Positions 1 through 10,455 are shown, counted from the first letter of the stretch. The stretch: 64,000 nt of DNA from Candidatus Aceula meridiana (GCA_030765185.1 JAVCDE010000003.1:128038-192037), one strand, 5' to 3'. Translations and numbers: made by a program. Notes: generated by a model from the letters alone, not told the origin.

Positions 1-1
1 A

Positions 2-217
2 GCCGGAGCATTCTTTATGTGTGCGATTGCAGTTATGCCTGATGCTATCATGGCGGCATTTCGTGTGCCTTATTTGGTAGCTTCGTTCTTTGGGGGAACA
101 GGTATTTTAATTATCGTTGGCGTTATGCTTGATACCGTAAAGCAGATGGAATCGCAGCTTTTGACGAGACATTACGATGGGTTTATGAAATCAGGACATT
201 TGAGAGGGCGACGATGA
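2..217 (+). CDS. secY: Preprotein translocase SecY, C-terminal fragment (gene begins upstream of the window)
   Basis: The in-frame ORF running in from the window edge ends ...[24 protein letters not shown], the typical SecY C-terminus. It sits immediately upstream of adk-map-infA as in the spc operon. The stop overlaps the adk start (ATGA). Confidence 0.7.
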   Translation, partial: AGAFFMCAIAVMPDAIMAAFRVPYLVASFFGGTGILIIVGVMLDTVKQMESQLLTRHYDGFMKSGHLRGRR

Positions 218-888
218 GGCTAGTTTTATTGGGAGCACCTGGAGCTGGAAAAGGAACACAGGCAAAGCTTTTAGAAAAAGTTTTAGGATTAAAACATATT
301 TCGATGGGCGACATCTTACGCGAGGAGATGAAAAATAATACTCCCTTAGGACAAGAGGTCAAGAAATATGTGGAAAGCGGAGGCTTGGTTCCTGACGAAG
401 TTGTTACTAAAATTATTGAACTGAAGCTTACTGATAAAAATTTTGCAGGACAAGGATATCTTCTAGACGGATTTCCGCGCACAGCAAGCCAGGCTGAGGA
501 TTTAGACAAAATTGTTACTAGCGTTGCCCAGCCATTTGATTATGTTGTTTATATGGAAGTCGATAGCGAAGTGGTTATTCAACGTTTGACGGGTCGCCGT
601 GTTTGTCGAAGCTGTGGAGCGCTTTTTCATACGACAAATATGCCATCTAAACAAGAGGGGGTTTGCGATTCATGCGGAGGAGAGCTTTATCAAAGGCCGG
701 ATGACAATGAAGAGACGATTCGAAAAAGAATTAATGTTTATTTAGAAAGCACAGCTCCGATTATTGATTATTACAAGGCAAAAGGTTTGTTGCTGGCTGT
801 TGATGGAAATCAAGAAGCCGGCAAGCTTAAAGATGAGCTTTTAGAGATTTTTAAAAAAGATGGGAAAATTGATAGTCATCAAATCTAA
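214..888 (+). CDS. adk: Adenylate kinase with zinc-binding LID (CxxC...CxxC)
   Basis: P-loop [13 protein letters not shown] residues CRSCG...CDSCGG. Conserved position after secY. Confidence 0.9.
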   Translation: MRLVLLGAPGAGKGTQAKLLEKVLGLKHISMGDILREEMKNNTPLGQEVKKYVESGGLVPDEVVTKIIELKLTDKNFAGQGYLLDGFPRTASQAEDLDKIVTSVAQPFDYVVYMEVDSEVVIQRLTGRRVCRSCGALFHTTNMPSKQEGVCDSCGGELYQRPDDNEETIRKRINVYLESTAPIIDYYKAKGLLLAVDGNQEAGKLKDELLEIFKKDGKIDSHQI

Positions 889-1621
889 CAGTGAGATTGA
901 GTGTATGGCAAGGGCAGGCAATGCCCTAGCGCAAGTTGTTGATGATTTAAAAGGTTCTTTGAAATGTGGGGTTACAACGTTAGAGATCGACAAAATTGTC
1001 GAAGATGCCATTATCAAACGAAAGGCCAAACCGGCCTTTAAGGGTTATCGAGGATTTCCTGCATCAACCTGTACATCGTTTAACGAGCAAATTGTTCATG
1101 GGATTCCTTCGAATCGCAAGATTAAAGATAATGATATCTTAAGTATTGATATTGGTCTTATCTTAGACGAATGGATGGCAGATACAGCTTTTACGATAGG
1201 CTTTGGTCCTATCAGCGAAGATATCCAACGCCTCATTGAAATGACTCAGAAGTCACTGCATAAAGGAATCGAGCAAGCAAGGCCTGGAAACCATCTTTCG
1301 GATATTGGATTTGCGATTCAAAGTTTTGTTGAGCCATTTGGCTTTTCTGTTGTCCGGGACTTTGTAGGGCACGGAATTGGGCGCTCGTTACATGAAGACC
1401 CTGAAGTGGCAAATTTTGGTTTGCCAAAGACTGGTCCAGTCTTGGAAGAAGGAATGACCTTTGCTATTGAGCCAATGGTTAATCTCGGGACGTACCAGAC
1501 AAAAGTTTTAGAGGACAAATGGACTGTTGTTACGGCTGACGGAAAGCCATCAGCTCATTTTGAACATACAGTGGCCATAACAAAAGACGGCCCGAAAATA
1601 TTAACGGATCTAAATGGCTAA
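860..1621 (+). CDS. map: Methionine aminopeptidase type I
   Basis: M24 metal ligands are present (DxxxD...H...E...E), with the motif [11 protein letters not shown]. Position after adk matches the spc operon order. Confidence 0.9.
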   Translation: MGKLIVIKSNSEIECMARAGNALAQVVDDLKGSLKCGVTTLEIDKIVEDAIIKRKAKPAFKGYRGFPASTCTSFNEQIVHGIPSNRKIKDNDILSIDIGLILDEWMADTAFTIGFGPISEDIQRLIEMTQKSLHKGIEQARPGNHLSDIGFAIQSFVEPFGFSVVRDFVGHGIGRSLHEDPEVANFGLPKTGPVLEEGMTFAIEPMVNLGTYQTKVLEDKWTVVTADGKPSAHFEHTVAITKDGPKILTDLNG

Positions 1622-1838
1622 AGAAGAACTCATAGAAGTTGAAGGCGTTATCAAAGAATCATTGCCAAATGCGATGTTTCAGGTTGAACTGGATAATGGA
1701 CACAGGGTCTTAGCTCACATTTCAGGAAAAATGCGTGTTCATTTTATTCGTCTTTTGCCGGGAGATAAAGTTAAAGTAGAGCTTTCGCCTTACGATTTAA
1801 CACGAGGGCGTATTACATACAGGGAAAAGCAAAAATGA
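1614..1838 (+). CDS. infA: Translation initiation factor IF-1
   Basis: A 74-aa S1-like OB-fold protein ([31 protein letters not shown]). Conserved position. Confidence 0.9.
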   Translation: MAKEELIEVEGVIKESLPNAMFQVELDNGHRVLAHISGKMRVHFIRLLPGDKVKVELSPYDLTRGRITYREKQK

Positions 1839-1948
1839 AAGTAAAATCATCTGTTAAAAGAATTTGCAGCAAATGTAAAGTTGTTCGTCGTAAAAACGTC
1901 GTACGCGTTATTTGCAGCAATCCAAAACATAAGCAAAGACAAGGATAA
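1835..1948 (+). CDS. rpmJ: 50S ribosomal protein L36 (not in the supplied ORF track because it is under 60 aa)
   Basis: Translation [37 protein letters not shown] has the C-x2-C...C-x4-H L36 zinc ribbon. The ATG overlaps the infA stop (ATGA). Confidence 0.8.
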   Translation: MKVKSSVKRICSKCKVVRRKNVVRVICSNPKHKQRQG

Positions 1949-1951
1949 GCT

Positions 1952-2326
1952 ATGCCCAGAATCTTAGGTGTGGATCTTCCCAAAGAAAAACGTATCGAGG
2001 CATCATTGCCTTACCTTTACGGTATCGGACGGACAAACTGTAAGAAAATTTTAGAGATTGCTCAGATTGACCCAAATAAGCGTGCCAAAGATCTATCTGA
2101 CGAGGAGATCGCAAAACTTACCTCAATCATTCAGAAAGATTATCGCATCGAAGGCGACTTGAGGCGTGAAGTAATGCAAAACATTAGACGTCTTATTGAT
2201 ATTGGTTCGTATCGGGGATTACGTCATAAAAAGGGATTACCATCACGCGGCCAACGCACAAAGACCAATGCCCGTACACGCAAGGGTAAAAAGAAGGTCA
2301 TGATGGCATCTCCTTCTAAAAAGTAA
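1952..2326 (+). CDS. rpsM: 30S ribosomal protein S13
   Basis: The N-terminus ARIAGVDLP-type (here [18 protein letters not shown]) is characteristic of S13. Basic C-terminal tail. Operon position. Confidence 0.9.
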   Translation: MPRILGVDLPKEKRIEASLPYLYGIGRTNCKKILEIAQIDPNKRAKDLSDEEIAKLTSIIQKDYRIEGDLRREVMQNIRRLIDIGSYRGLRHKKGLPSRGQRTKTNARTRKGKKKVMMASPSKK

Positions 2327-2342
2327 ATATTAAGGAGAATCA

Positions 2343-2741
2343 ATGGCGAAGCCAAGAAAAGATAAAACAAAATCTAAGAAGAAATCCTTAAAAGGAGTAA
2401 CCAGCGGTTCAGTTCACATCAAGGCAACGTTTAACAACACGCTTGTTACCATTACTGACGCTCAGGGAGCTGTTATCATTTGGTCTTCTCCTGGACATGT
2501 TGGTTTTAAGGGATCAAAGAAATCGACGCCGTTTGCTGCACAGGTTGCTGCAACAGATGCCGCAAAAAAAGCAAAAGATTTAGGATTAGAGAATGTAGAA
2601 GTTTTTGTTAAGGGGCCAGGTGCAGGAAGAGAGTCAGCTATAAGAGCTATTGCTGCAGCTGGTTTAAAAGTAACAATGATCAGAGATGTAACACCTGTTC
2701 CTCATAATGGGTGTCGTCCACGCAAAAAACGCCGCGTATAA
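2343..2741 (+). CDS. rpsK: 30S ribosomal protein S11
   Basis: Motifs [15 protein letters not shown] and [11 protein letters not shown] are typical of S11. Operon position. Confidence 0.9.
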   Translation: MAKPRKDKTKSKKKSLKGVTSGSVHIKATFNNTLVTITDAQGAVIIWSSPGHVGFKGSKKSTPFAAQVAATDAAKKAKDLGLENVEVFVKGPGAGRESAIRAIAAAGLKVTMIRDVTPVPHNGCRPRKKRRV

Positions 2742-2753
2742 AAGGAGTCATTT

Positions 2754-3380
2754 ATGGCGAGAGATTTAGAACCAAGTTGCAAGAAGTGTCGGCGAGAAGG
2801 AGAAAAGCTGTTTCTTAAAGGAACACGCTGTTCTACACATCGTTGCGGTTTTGCCCGGAGGGAATATGCTCCAGGACAGCATGGTAATCGAAGAACAAAA
2901 TTGTCAAACTTTGGTCTGCAGCTTCGCGAAAAACAAAAAGTTAAAAGAATTTACGGAATTTTAGAAAAACAATTTCGTGGCTATTTTGCTAAAGCTGCTA
3001 GCGTTAAGGATGTCACAGGTCATGTGCTTCTTCAATTTCTAGAGAGGCGCTTAGACAATGTCATCTATCAGTTTGGGTTTGCATCATCACGTGCTCAAGC
3101 TCGACAGCTAGTTAGCCATGGATTCGTAAGGGTAAATGGTCGACGCGTTAACATTCCTTCTTTTTTGATAAAAAAAGATGATGCTATCGAGATGAAATTT
3201 CAAAAGACGGGTCAAAAACTTGTTAAAGATAATATTGAAACGTCTAAGGCTCGCAATATTCCTGCGTGGCTGAGCGTTGATAGTGATAATTTTAAAGGGA
3301 ACGTTTTAAGGTTGCCGGTTCGAGAAGATGTTCAGTATCCGGTTAACGAACAATTGATTGTCGAGCTTTATTCACGATAA
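2754..3380 (+). CDS. rpsD: 30S ribosomal protein S4
   Basis: N-terminal zinc-ribbon-like cysteines (CKKCRREG...C..HRC) and a C-terminal S4 RNA-binding domain. Operon position. Confidence 0.9.
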   Translation: MARDLEPSCKKCRREGEKLFLKGTRCSTHRCGFARREYAPGQHGNRRTKLSNFGLQLREKQKVKRIYGILEKQFRGYFAKAASVKDVTGHVLLQFLERRLDNVIYQFGFASSRAQARQLVSHGFVRVNGRRVNIPSFLIKKDDAIEMKFQKTGQKLVKDNIETSKARNIPAWLSVDSDNFKGNVLRLPVREDVQYPVNEQLIVELYSR

Positions 3381-3421
3381 TTATTTATTTAAAAGAATTT
3401 TCAAAAATGTAGGAGGCCTAG

Positions 3422-4414
3422 ATGGGGGTTAAATGGAGAGATTTTCAAATGCCAAAGCGTTTGGAATGCGAAGAGTCAACTTATACTGATACATATGGAA
3501 AATTTATTGCCGAACCTTTTGAAAGAGGTTATGGGGTAACGCTAGGAAACTCCTTAAGACGGATTTTACTTTCTTCTTTAGAGGGAAGCGCGGTAACATC
3601 AATACGTATCGATGGAGTTCAGCATGAATTTGCCACAGTTTCCGGTGTTTTAGAACCGGTCACGGATGTTATTCTTAACGTCAAGCAGATTATTTTACGC
3701 TCGCATTCTAAGGTTGCCAAAACAATTTATATTAAAGCTGATACAAAAGGAGAAGTTTACGCTAGGGATATCATCAGAGATGAAACCATTGAGGTTTTAA
3801 ATCCGGATCTCCTTATTGCGACATTAACCCAAGATACCAAGCTTAACATGGAGATGGAAGTGTCCCGCGGACGTGGTTATATGCCGGCTGAAGTTAACAA
3901 AAAAGAAGGTGCTCCTGTTGGAACCATCGCTGTCGATTCTATTTTTACACCGGTTGTTAAAGTTAATTTCTTCGTCGAGAACACACGCGTTGGTCAAAAA
4001 ACAGACTATGATAAATTAGTTTTAGAAATCAATACTAATGGCGGCGTAAGCCCCAAAGAAGCCCTTCTTTACGGAGCCAATATTTTACAGCGTCACTTGG
4101 ACGTTTTTGTAAGCTATGGTCAACTTCCTGAAGAGGAAGAAGAAGAGGAAGAGGTTTCTGTCGAAGAAAAAGCACTTTACGAAAAACTTCGTTTACCTAT
4201 TTCCGAATTAGAATTATCGGTTAGAAGTGCTAATTGTCTTCGTGAATCGAATATCAAAACTATTTCTGAGCTTGTTCGAAAAAGCGAACCAGAATTATTA
4301 GGATTTCGTAACTTCGGAAAGAAATCTTTAACAGAAATAGGAGACATTCTAAAGACCATGGGGTTAGACCTAGGAATGAAGATTGATCTAAAGAAATTAA
4401 GACAAAAAGACTAA
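3422..4414 (+). CDS. rpoA: DNA-directed RNA polymerase alpha subunit. It has an unusual poly-Glu linker between the NTD and CTD.
   Basis: RpoA NTD motifs (GYGVTLGNSLRRILLSS) and the CTD helix-hairpin-helix region (LSVRSANCL). A 9-residue EEEEEEEEV stretch is encoded at about 4128-4155. Confidence 0.9.
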   Translation: MGVKWRDFQMPKRLECEESTYTDTYGKFIAEPFERGYGVTLGNSLRRILLSSLEGSAVTSIRIDGVQHEFATVSGVLEPVTDVILNVKQIILRSHSKVAKTIYIKADTKGEVYARDIIRDETIEVLNPDLLIATLTQDTKLNMEMEVSRGRGYMPAEVNKKEGAPVGTIAVDSIFTPVVKVNFFVENTRVGQKTDYDKLVLEINTNGGVSPKEALLYGANILQRHLDVFVSYGQLPEEEEEEEEVSVEEKALYEKLRLPISELELSVRSANCLRESNIKTISELVRKSEPELLGFRNFGKKSLTEIGDILKTMGLDLGMKIDLKKLRQKD

Positions 4415-4448
4415 AGAAATTTTTTTAATTTAAAGAGATGAGTATTTT

Positions 4449-5039
4449 ATGAGACACGGAAACGCAGGAAGAAAATTTGGACGCAATTCAAGCTGGCGAA
4501 AAGCAACTGTTCGGGATATTGCCCGGGCAACACTTCTCCATGAACGTGTTTGTACAACTGAGGCAAGAGCCAAAGAAACGCGTAAGCTTGTTGATAAGCT
4601 TATTACATTAGGAAAAAAGCAAACACTAGCTGCTAAAAGAATGGCATTTGCGATTATCGGCAGCCATCGCATGGTTAGCACTCTTTTTAATGAAACAGCT
4701 ATTCGTTTCAAGGACCGCAACGGTGGATATTCTCGCATCATTCCACTTGCAAAAACTCGAAGAGGGGATAACGCAAAGCTTGTTTTTCTAGAGTTAACAG
4801 AAAAAGCTAAAGTTGTTGTTGAGAAAACTTCTAAAGCAAAAAAGACATCTGTAGCTAAGAAGCCTGCTGAAGCAAAGGCTACGCAAGAATCTGCGCAAAA
4901 GACTGCTGAAAATTCTAAAGAAAAAGAAAAGAAAGCACCTTCTACTGCTTCTCAGAAATCGAAGCCAGAAGAAAAGTCTTCAAAAAGGATCGGGCGAGGT
5001 CTTAAGAAAATATTTAGCAAAAAAAATCCGGGGAAGTAA
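4449..5039 (+). CDS. rplQ: 50S ribosomal protein L17 with a Lys/Ala-rich C-terminal extension of about 75 aa
   Basis: The N-terminal roughly 120 aa are L17-like (MRHGNAGRKFGRNSSWRKA...). The remainder is low-complexity K/A/E/S-rich. Confidence 0.85.
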   Translation: MRHGNAGRKFGRNSSWRKATVRDIARATLLHERVCTTEARAKETRKLVDKLITLGKKQTLAAKRMAFAIIGSHRMVSTLFNETAIRFKDRNGGYSRIIPLAKTRRGDNAKLVFLELTEKAKVVVEKTSKAKKTSVAKKPAEAKATQESAQKTAENSKEKEKKAPSTASQKSKPEEKSSKRIGRGLKKIFSKKNPGK

Positions 5040-5042
5040 GCT

Positions 5043-6215
5043 ATGCCGATTTCAAAACGAGCGAAGAATGTTGTTGCCTCTTCAACACTCGCGATCACTG
5101 CACGAGCTAAGGAACTTAAAGCCCAAGGTTGTGATGTTGTTAATTTCGCCGCTGGTGAACCCGATTTTGATACTCCCGATTTTATCAAAAAAGCTGCTAT
5201 CAAAGCTATTGAAGATGGCCTTACCAAATATACTCCTAGCATTGGAACCGTAGATCTACGAAAAGCAATTTCTAAGAAATTTCTCGACGACAATAATCTC
5301 AAGTATGATCCTACGTCTGAAATTGTTGTTTCTTGCGGCGCCAAACACTCGCTTTATAACTTAATGCAGGTTTTGGTTGAGGAGAAGGATGAAGTTCTTG
5401 TCCCTGCTCCTTATTGGGTCAGTTATCCTGAAATGATAAAGTTGTCTGGGGCAACACCAAAATTTCTAGAAACAACCTCAGGGAGTCAATTTAAAATTAC
5501 GGCTAAGCAGCTAGAGGAAAGCATTTCTCCAAACACAAAAGCCCTTATTCTTAATTCTCCGTCTAATCCGACCGGAACTGTTTATACAAAAACAGAACTA
5601 AAGGATATTGCTCAGGTTTGCGTTAAGCGTAATATTTTTGTGGTTAGCGACGAAATTTATGAAAAACTTTGCTATGCGAAGGAGCCGTATACATCAATCG
5701 CTTCTTTAGGTAAAGAAATTTTTGATTTGACTGTAACTGTAAATGGTGTTTCTAAAGCTTATGCAATGACGGGGTGGAGGATTGGTTATTTTGGTGGGTC
5801 TAAAGAAATTGCTCAGAATGTCAAAAAGATTCAAGATCATTCAACATCTAATCCGAGCTCGATTAGTCAAGCAGCTGCACTGGCAGCTTTAGGTGCTCCT
5901 CCTGATACACTTGACGCGATGAAGGGAAAATTTCAAAAACGGCGTGATGTTATAATGAAATGCTTAGACAAAATTCCGGAAATTAGCTATATTTATCCTA
6001 ATGGGGCATTTTATATCTTTTGCAACATTAGCAAGGTTGGCGAAGATTCTGTTTCGACTGCGAAGAAAATTTTGGATGACACTAATGTTGCTTGTATTCC
6101 CGGAAAAGGGTTTGGGGCTGATGAATATATGCGCTTAAGCTTTGCTACTTCGGTTGAGCGCATTGAAGAGGGAATCAGCCGCATTGCCAAATGGGTTAAA
6201 GAGAATTCTAAATAA
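5043..6215 (+). CDS. PLP-dependent aminotransferase class I, aspartate-aminotransferase-like
   Basis: Motifs NSPSNPTG and the PLP lysine context SKAYAMTGWRIGY. Length 390 aa. Confidence 0.75.
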   Translation: MPISKRAKNVVASSTLAITARAKELKAQGCDVVNFAAGEPDFDTPDFIKKAAIKAIEDGLTKYTPSIGTVDLRKAISKKFLDDNNLKYDPTSEIVVSCGAKHSLYNLMQVLVEEKDEVLVPAPYWVSYPEMIKLSGATPKFLETTSGSQFKITAKQLEESISPNTKALILNSPSNPTGTVYTKTELKDIAQVCVKRNIFVVSDEIYEKLCYAKEPYTSIASLGKEIFDLTVTVNGVSKAYAMTGWRIGYFGGSKEIAQNVKKIQDHSTSNPSSISQAAALAALGAPPDTLDAMKGKFQKRRDVIMKCLDKIPEISYIYPNGAFYIFCNISKVGEDSVSTAKKILDDTNVACIPGKGFGADEYMRLSFATSVERIEEGISRIAKWVKENSK

Positions 6216-6224
6216 GGAACGACT

Positions 6225-7289
6225 ATGTCAAAACACAGAGAAGTCCGAGATTTATTATTGTCAGCCATTGAGCGTAAGGCCTCTGATTTACATTTAACAG
6301 ATGAAACGCCTCCTGTTTTGCGCATTGACGGGAATTTGGTTGTTTTAGATGAAGAGCCCTTAGATCGCGACACACTTAAGAAAATGATTTACGGTCTTTT
6401 AACGGATGATCAAAAAGAGCATTTTGAAGAACAAAAAGAGCTTGATTTCTCCATTGCCCTTCCGGGGTTAGATCGTTTCCGTGCTAATGTGCATATTCAA
6501 AGAGGGTCAGTTGAGATTGCCCTACGAAGAATCCCGTTATTTATTCCTACCATTGAAGAGTTAGGGCTTCCGGATGTTGTTAGAGATTTTGCTAGACGTC
6601 ACAATGGCCTCGTTTTAGTTACAGGACCTACAGGGTCAGGGAAGACAACAACCCTTTCTGCGATGATTGATTTGATTAATAATGAGCGTGCTTGCCATAT
6701 TGTTTGTATCGAAGATCCGATCGAGTACATTCATTACAATAAAAAAGCAATTATCAAACAGCGTGAAGTTTATAATGATACACATTCATTTTCCGAAGCC
6801 CTTAAGCGATGTTTGCGTCAGGATCCCGATGTTATTGTCGTTGGAGAAATGCGTGACCTTGAGACCATCTCAACAGCTCTAACTGCTGCCGAAACAGGCC
6901 ACCTTGTCCTGGCAACGCTTCATACCCCGGATGCCCCCCAGACGATCGAACGTATTATTGATGTTTTCCCGCCTCACCAACAAGAACAGGTTAAGCTTCA
7001 GCTTGCATCATGTTTAGCCGGTGTCCTTTCTCAGGACCTTCTTCCTAGAAAAGAATCAGAGGGCAGAATACTCTCGACAGAAATTATGATTGCCACCCCA
7101 GGAATTCGCCATTTGATCCGCGAGCAGGCTATTGAGCAAATTCCGACAGCTATTCAGACTGGCCATAAATATGGCATGAAGACTATGGATAAATGTCTCC
7201 AGGAGCTGTATCAGGCAGGGCAAATTACTTATGAGGCCGCTATCAGTCGAGCTAAGAATCCGGAAGAATTTAAGAAAATTGTAGAATAG
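6225..7289 (+). CDS. pilT: Type IV pilus retraction ATPase PilT-like (twitching motility)
   Basis: PilT/GspE-family N-terminus, Walker A GPTGSGKTTT, Asp box and His box. No other pilus genes are adjacent. Confidence 0.8.
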   Translation: MSKHREVRDLLLSAIERKASDLHLTDETPPVLRIDGNLVVLDEEPLDRDTLKKMIYGLLTDDQKEHFEEQKELDFSIALPGLDRFRANVHIQRGSVEIALRRIPLFIPTIEELGLPDVVRDFARRHNGLVLVTGPTGSGKTTTLSAMIDLINNERACHIVCIEDPIEYIHYNKKAIIKQREVYNDTHSFSEALKRCLRQDPDVIVVGEMRDLETISTALTAAETGHLVLATLHTPDAPQTIERIIDVFPPHQQEQVKLQLASCLAGVLSQDLLPRKESEGRILSTEIMIATPGIRHLIREQAIEQIPTAIQTGHKYGMKTMDKCLQELYQAGQITYEAAISRAKNPEEFKKIVE

Positions 7290-7299
7290 AGGAAATTTT

Positions 7300-8391
7300 A
7301 TGACCTATAAAGTTACATTACTCCCAGGTGATGGAATCGGGCCGGAAGTTGCTTTTGCAATGCGCAAGTGCGTTGATGCAACAGGTGTTGCTATCGATTG
7401 GGAAGAGCAGCCTGCTGGGGAGCATACAATTAAAACATGCGGCACCCCGCTTCCTAAGGAAGCCCTTGAATCCATACGAAGGAATAAAGTAGCGATCAAG
7501 GGTCCGATTGCTACACCCGTTGGAAAAGGATTCCGATCTGTTAATGTTCAGATTCGCCAAGAGTTAGATTTGTTTGCGTGTGTCCGTCCGGCACGATACA
7601 TTGAAGGAACAAAATCAAAAGAAAAAGATCTGGATTTAGTTATCTTTCGCGAAAATACAGAAGATTTGTATGCTGGAATTGAGTTCGAAAAAGGAAGCAA
7701 AGAAACCTTATCTCTTATCAAGGAAATCAATAGCCTTCAGCCGAGACAGATTCGAGAGGATGCTGCCATTTCCATCAAGCCTATTTCTGCTTATGCTTCA
7801 GCGCGCATTATTAGGGCTGCATTTGAATATGTTGTTAAGCACAAGCGAAAGAAAGTTTCGCTTGTGCATAAAGCTAATATCATGAAATTTACAGATGGGT
7901 TATTTTTACAGACAGGTAGAGAGATTGCGAAAGAATACGAGGGGCGCGTAGAATTTGAGGATGTTATTGTTGACAATATGTCAATGCAGCTTGTGCAAAG
8001 ACCTTCGTATTACGACGTCCTTGTTTTACCAAATTTATATGGAGACATTATTTCCGATTTATGCGCGGGGCTAGCGGGTGGTTTAGGCATTGCCCCGGGG
8101 GCAAATATCGGAGATGAGATTGCCTTGTTTGAACCTGTTCATGGTTCAGCGCCGAAATATGCAGGAAAGAACAAAGTTAATCCTACAGCAATAATTTTGT
8201 CAGCCGTTATGATGCTTGATTATCTCGGAGAGCAAAAAGCAGCTGAGAAGCTTGAATCAGCGGTTCGGTCTATTATCAAAGAAGGAAAAGATGTTACATA
8301 TGACCTAAAGCTTGACCGTGCTGATCAAACGTCTGTAGGGACACAAGAAATGGCTGATGCCATTTGTCGAAGAATCAAAGAACTTTCCTGA
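7300..8391 (+). CDS. icd: Isocitrate dehydrogenase (beta-decarboxylating dehydrogenase family, IDH-like)
   Basis: [24 protein letters not shown] and [15 protein letters not shown] closely mirror the E. coli IDH active-site segments. Metal/NAD(P) motif [10 protein letters not shown]. Confidence 0.75.
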   Translation: MTYKVTLLPGDGIGPEVAFAMRKCVDATGVAIDWEEQPAGEHTIKTCGTPLPKEALESIRRNKVAIKGPIATPVGKGFRSVNVQIRQELDLFACVRPARYIEGTKSKEKDLDLVIFRENTEDLYAGIEFEKGSKETLSLIKEINSLQPRQIREDAAISIKPISAYASARIIRAAFEYVVKHKRKKVSLVHKANIMKFTDGLFLQTGREIAKEYEGRVEFEDVIVDNMSMQLVQRPSYYDVLVLPNLYGDIISDLCAGLAGGLGIAPGANIGDEIALFEPVHGSAPKYAGKNKVNPTAIILSAVMMLDYLGEQKAAEKLESAVRSIIKEGKDVTYDLKLDRADQTSVGTQEMADAICRRIKELS

Positions 8392-8439
8392 TATTTTAAG
8401 CATTCTCACCTTTTTTCTCCAAAATTCTAAGAAAAAATT

Positions 8440-9111
8440 ATGGCAGTGTTCGACCAATCTCAAAAAATTTGTATCCCTTGCAAAATTTATGATTTAGGCT
8501 TGATCGATTACAATCAAGCTTACCGTCGACAAAAACAGGCCTTAAGCGGCGTAATAAGTGGCGGAGAAAATGTTTTATTTTTGTGCGAGCATCCTGCGGT
8601 TTTTACTTTAGGGCGTCTAGATAAAAAAGATAATTTTTCTTGTTCTTTGAGAGAGATTGAAAAGAAAAATATTCCCGTGGTGCCTATCGACCGAGGTGGA
8701 AAAATAACATTTCACGGACAAGGACAGCTGCTTGTTTATCCGATTTTTGATCTTAATTGTTTTGGAAAAGATTTAAAGTTCTTTATGCATCAGATGGAGG
8801 AGGTCCTTATTGATTTTCTACAAGAGTTTGGTATAGTGGCCAATAGAGTACCTGGACACACTGGAGCATGGGTTAAAGATAAAAAAATTGCATCTATTGG
8901 CATCGGTGTGCGCAAGTGGGTTTCTTATCACGGATTAGCTGTAAATTTAAATACAAATTTGGATTCTTTTCGTATGATTAAGCCTTGTGGCCTAAACGTT
9001 GAAATGACATCTTTGGAAAAACAGCTCGGTTATAAAATTAATATGCCACAAGCAAAACAGAAAATGATTCGTTGTTTTCAAAAAATATTTTGTTTAGGAA
9101 TTGAAGAATGA
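8440..9111 (+). CDS. lipB: Lipoyl(octanoyl) transferase LipB
   Basis: Motif RGGKITFHGQGQLLVYPI matches the LipB catalytic region. BPL/LPL catalytic-domain length. Confidence 0.8.
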   Translation: MAVFDQSQKICIPCKIYDLGLIDYNQAYRRQKQALSGVISGGENVLFLCEHPAVFTLGRLDKKDNFSCSLREIEKKNIPVVPIDRGGKITFHGQGQLLVYPIFDLNCFGKDLKFFMHQMEEVLIDFLQEFGIVANRVPGHTGAWVKDKKIASIGIGVRKWVSYHGLAVNLNTNLDSFRMIKPCGLNVEMTSLEKQLGYKINMPQAKQKMIRCFQKIFCLGIEE

Positions 9112-9335
9112 AAATCGAAGTTCCGCCTCTAGGCAAAGGAATAGACAAGGTAGCTGTTTCTTGTTGGTATGTTCAAACCGGCAGTGAGATTAAAGAAGGT
9201 GAAGACATTGTAGAACTTTCGGCGGATAAAGCCATTTTTAGTCTTCCGTCTCCGACAACGGGAATACTAAAGGAAATTTTTATCAAGGAAAATTCTGAGG
9301 CCAAGATCGGTGAGGCCTTAGGAGTTATTGAATAA
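9108..9335 (+). CDS. Standalone lipoyl-attachment domain protein (75 aa)
   Basis: IKEGEDIVELSADKAIFSLPSPTTGIL matches the lipoyl-lysine motif (xDKA) and hammerhead fold pattern. It is translationally coupled to lipB by an ATGA overlap. Confidence 0.55.
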   Translation: MKIEVPPLGKGIDKVAVSCWYVQTGSEIKEGEDIVELSADKAIFSLPSPTTGILKEIFIKENSEAKIGEALGVIE

Positions 9336-10455
9336 TCTTATGAGCCATCCTAAAATTCTTTTAATGCATATTACAAAGACTTCTGGTCACCATCGGGCAA
9401 CAGTGGCTATTGAAAATGCCTTAAAGGAATTAAATCCTCAGGCTGAAACGCTCAATCTCAATGGTTTTGCTTATGTATATCCGATTTTAGAAAAAATTAT
9501 TAATACGGCTTACATGAGTGTTATCAAGCGACGGCCTCAGCTTTGGGATTATCTTTATGACAATCCTAAAGTTGTTAAAAAGACTGGAAAAATTAAGAAA
9601 ATTCTAAATAACGCAAAGCAGCCAAAACTTAAGCGATTATTTAAAAGATTTGCACCTGATGCTGTTGTTTGTACGCAGGCATTTCCGTGTGGCATGATCG
9701 GAGATTTTAAAAAAAGATACGATAATCCCATTAAACTCATTGGGGTTTTAACTGATTTTGCACCGCATCATTATTGGCTTCATGACAAGGTTGATTATTA
9801 TGTTGTTCCAACAAAAGAGGCAAGAGACCGCCTTGTCCAAGACGGTATCGAAGCTAAGCGCATTAAACTTTATGGAATTCCTATTGATCTTAAATTTTCA
9901 AAGGCTTCTAAAAAGGATCATACTGCCAAAGATTTAGGATTAAAGGCAGGGATTAAGACAATTTTGATTATGGGCGGGGGACAAGGCATCGGCCCAATAA
10001 GGTCTATTGTAAAGAATTTAGCCGACTGCAGAGAAGAATTTCAGCTTGTTGTCATCGCTGGTACGAATAAGCGTATTCTTAAGGCACTTCGGAAGGTAAA
10101 ATTTCCTTATGGCCAAGATATCCGCGTTCTTTCTTATGTTGATAACGTTGATGAACTTATGGACTGCGCGGACATGATTATTACAAAGCCAGGAGGAATG
10201 ACAACGGCAGAATGTTTGTCTAAGGGCCTTCCGATGGTTATTGTTAATCCTATTCCTGGGCAAGAGGCAAGGAACACTCATTTGCTTTTGAAAAAAGGGA
10301 TTGCTGTCGAAATTGACGATCTTTCGCAAGTTGCGCAAGAAGTCGGAGATCTTTTACGCTCACCTGAAAAACTTCAATTAATGCGCGAGGCTGCCCTTCA
10401 GTACGGCAAGCCGCAGGCGGCAATGGATGTCGCGAAACTTATTTTGGAAAAATGA
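9328..10455 (+). CDS. MGDG-synthase/MurG-like glycosyltransferase (GT28 family; diacylglycerol glycosyltransferase-like)
   Basis: N-terminal MGDG_synth-like region and C-terminal GT28 UDP-sugar binding region (ITKPGGMTTAECLSKGLPMV). Confidence 0.6.
   Translation: MNNLMSHPKILLMHITKTSGHHRATVAIENALKELNPQAETLNLNGFAYVYPILEKIINTAYMSVIKRRPQLWDYLYDNPKVVKKTGKIKKILNNAKQPKLKRLFKRFAPDAVVCTQAFPCGMIGDFKKRYDNPIKLIGVLTDFAPHHYWLHDKVDYYVVPTKEARDRLVQDGIEAKRIKLYGIPIDLKFSKASKKDHTAKDLGLKAGIKTILIMGGGQGIGPIRSIVKNLADCREEFQLVVIAGTNKRILKALRKVKFPYGQDIRVLSYVDNVDELMDCADMIITKPGGMTTAECLSKGLPMVIVNPIPGQEARNTHLLLKKGIAVEIDDLSQVAQEVGDLLRSPEKLQLMREAALQYGKPQAAMDVAKLILEK

Noticed and set aside
183-509. Minus-strand ORF antisense to adk, and similar antisense ORFs (4430-4741, 10709-11146, 16650-17033, 17794-18123, 47701-47994, 52338-52604, 63106-63420 and others in the track)
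   Set aside because: They lie fully inside well-supported conserved genes on the opposite strand, have no RBS or recognisable domains, and have low-complexity translations. Classic shadow ORFs.
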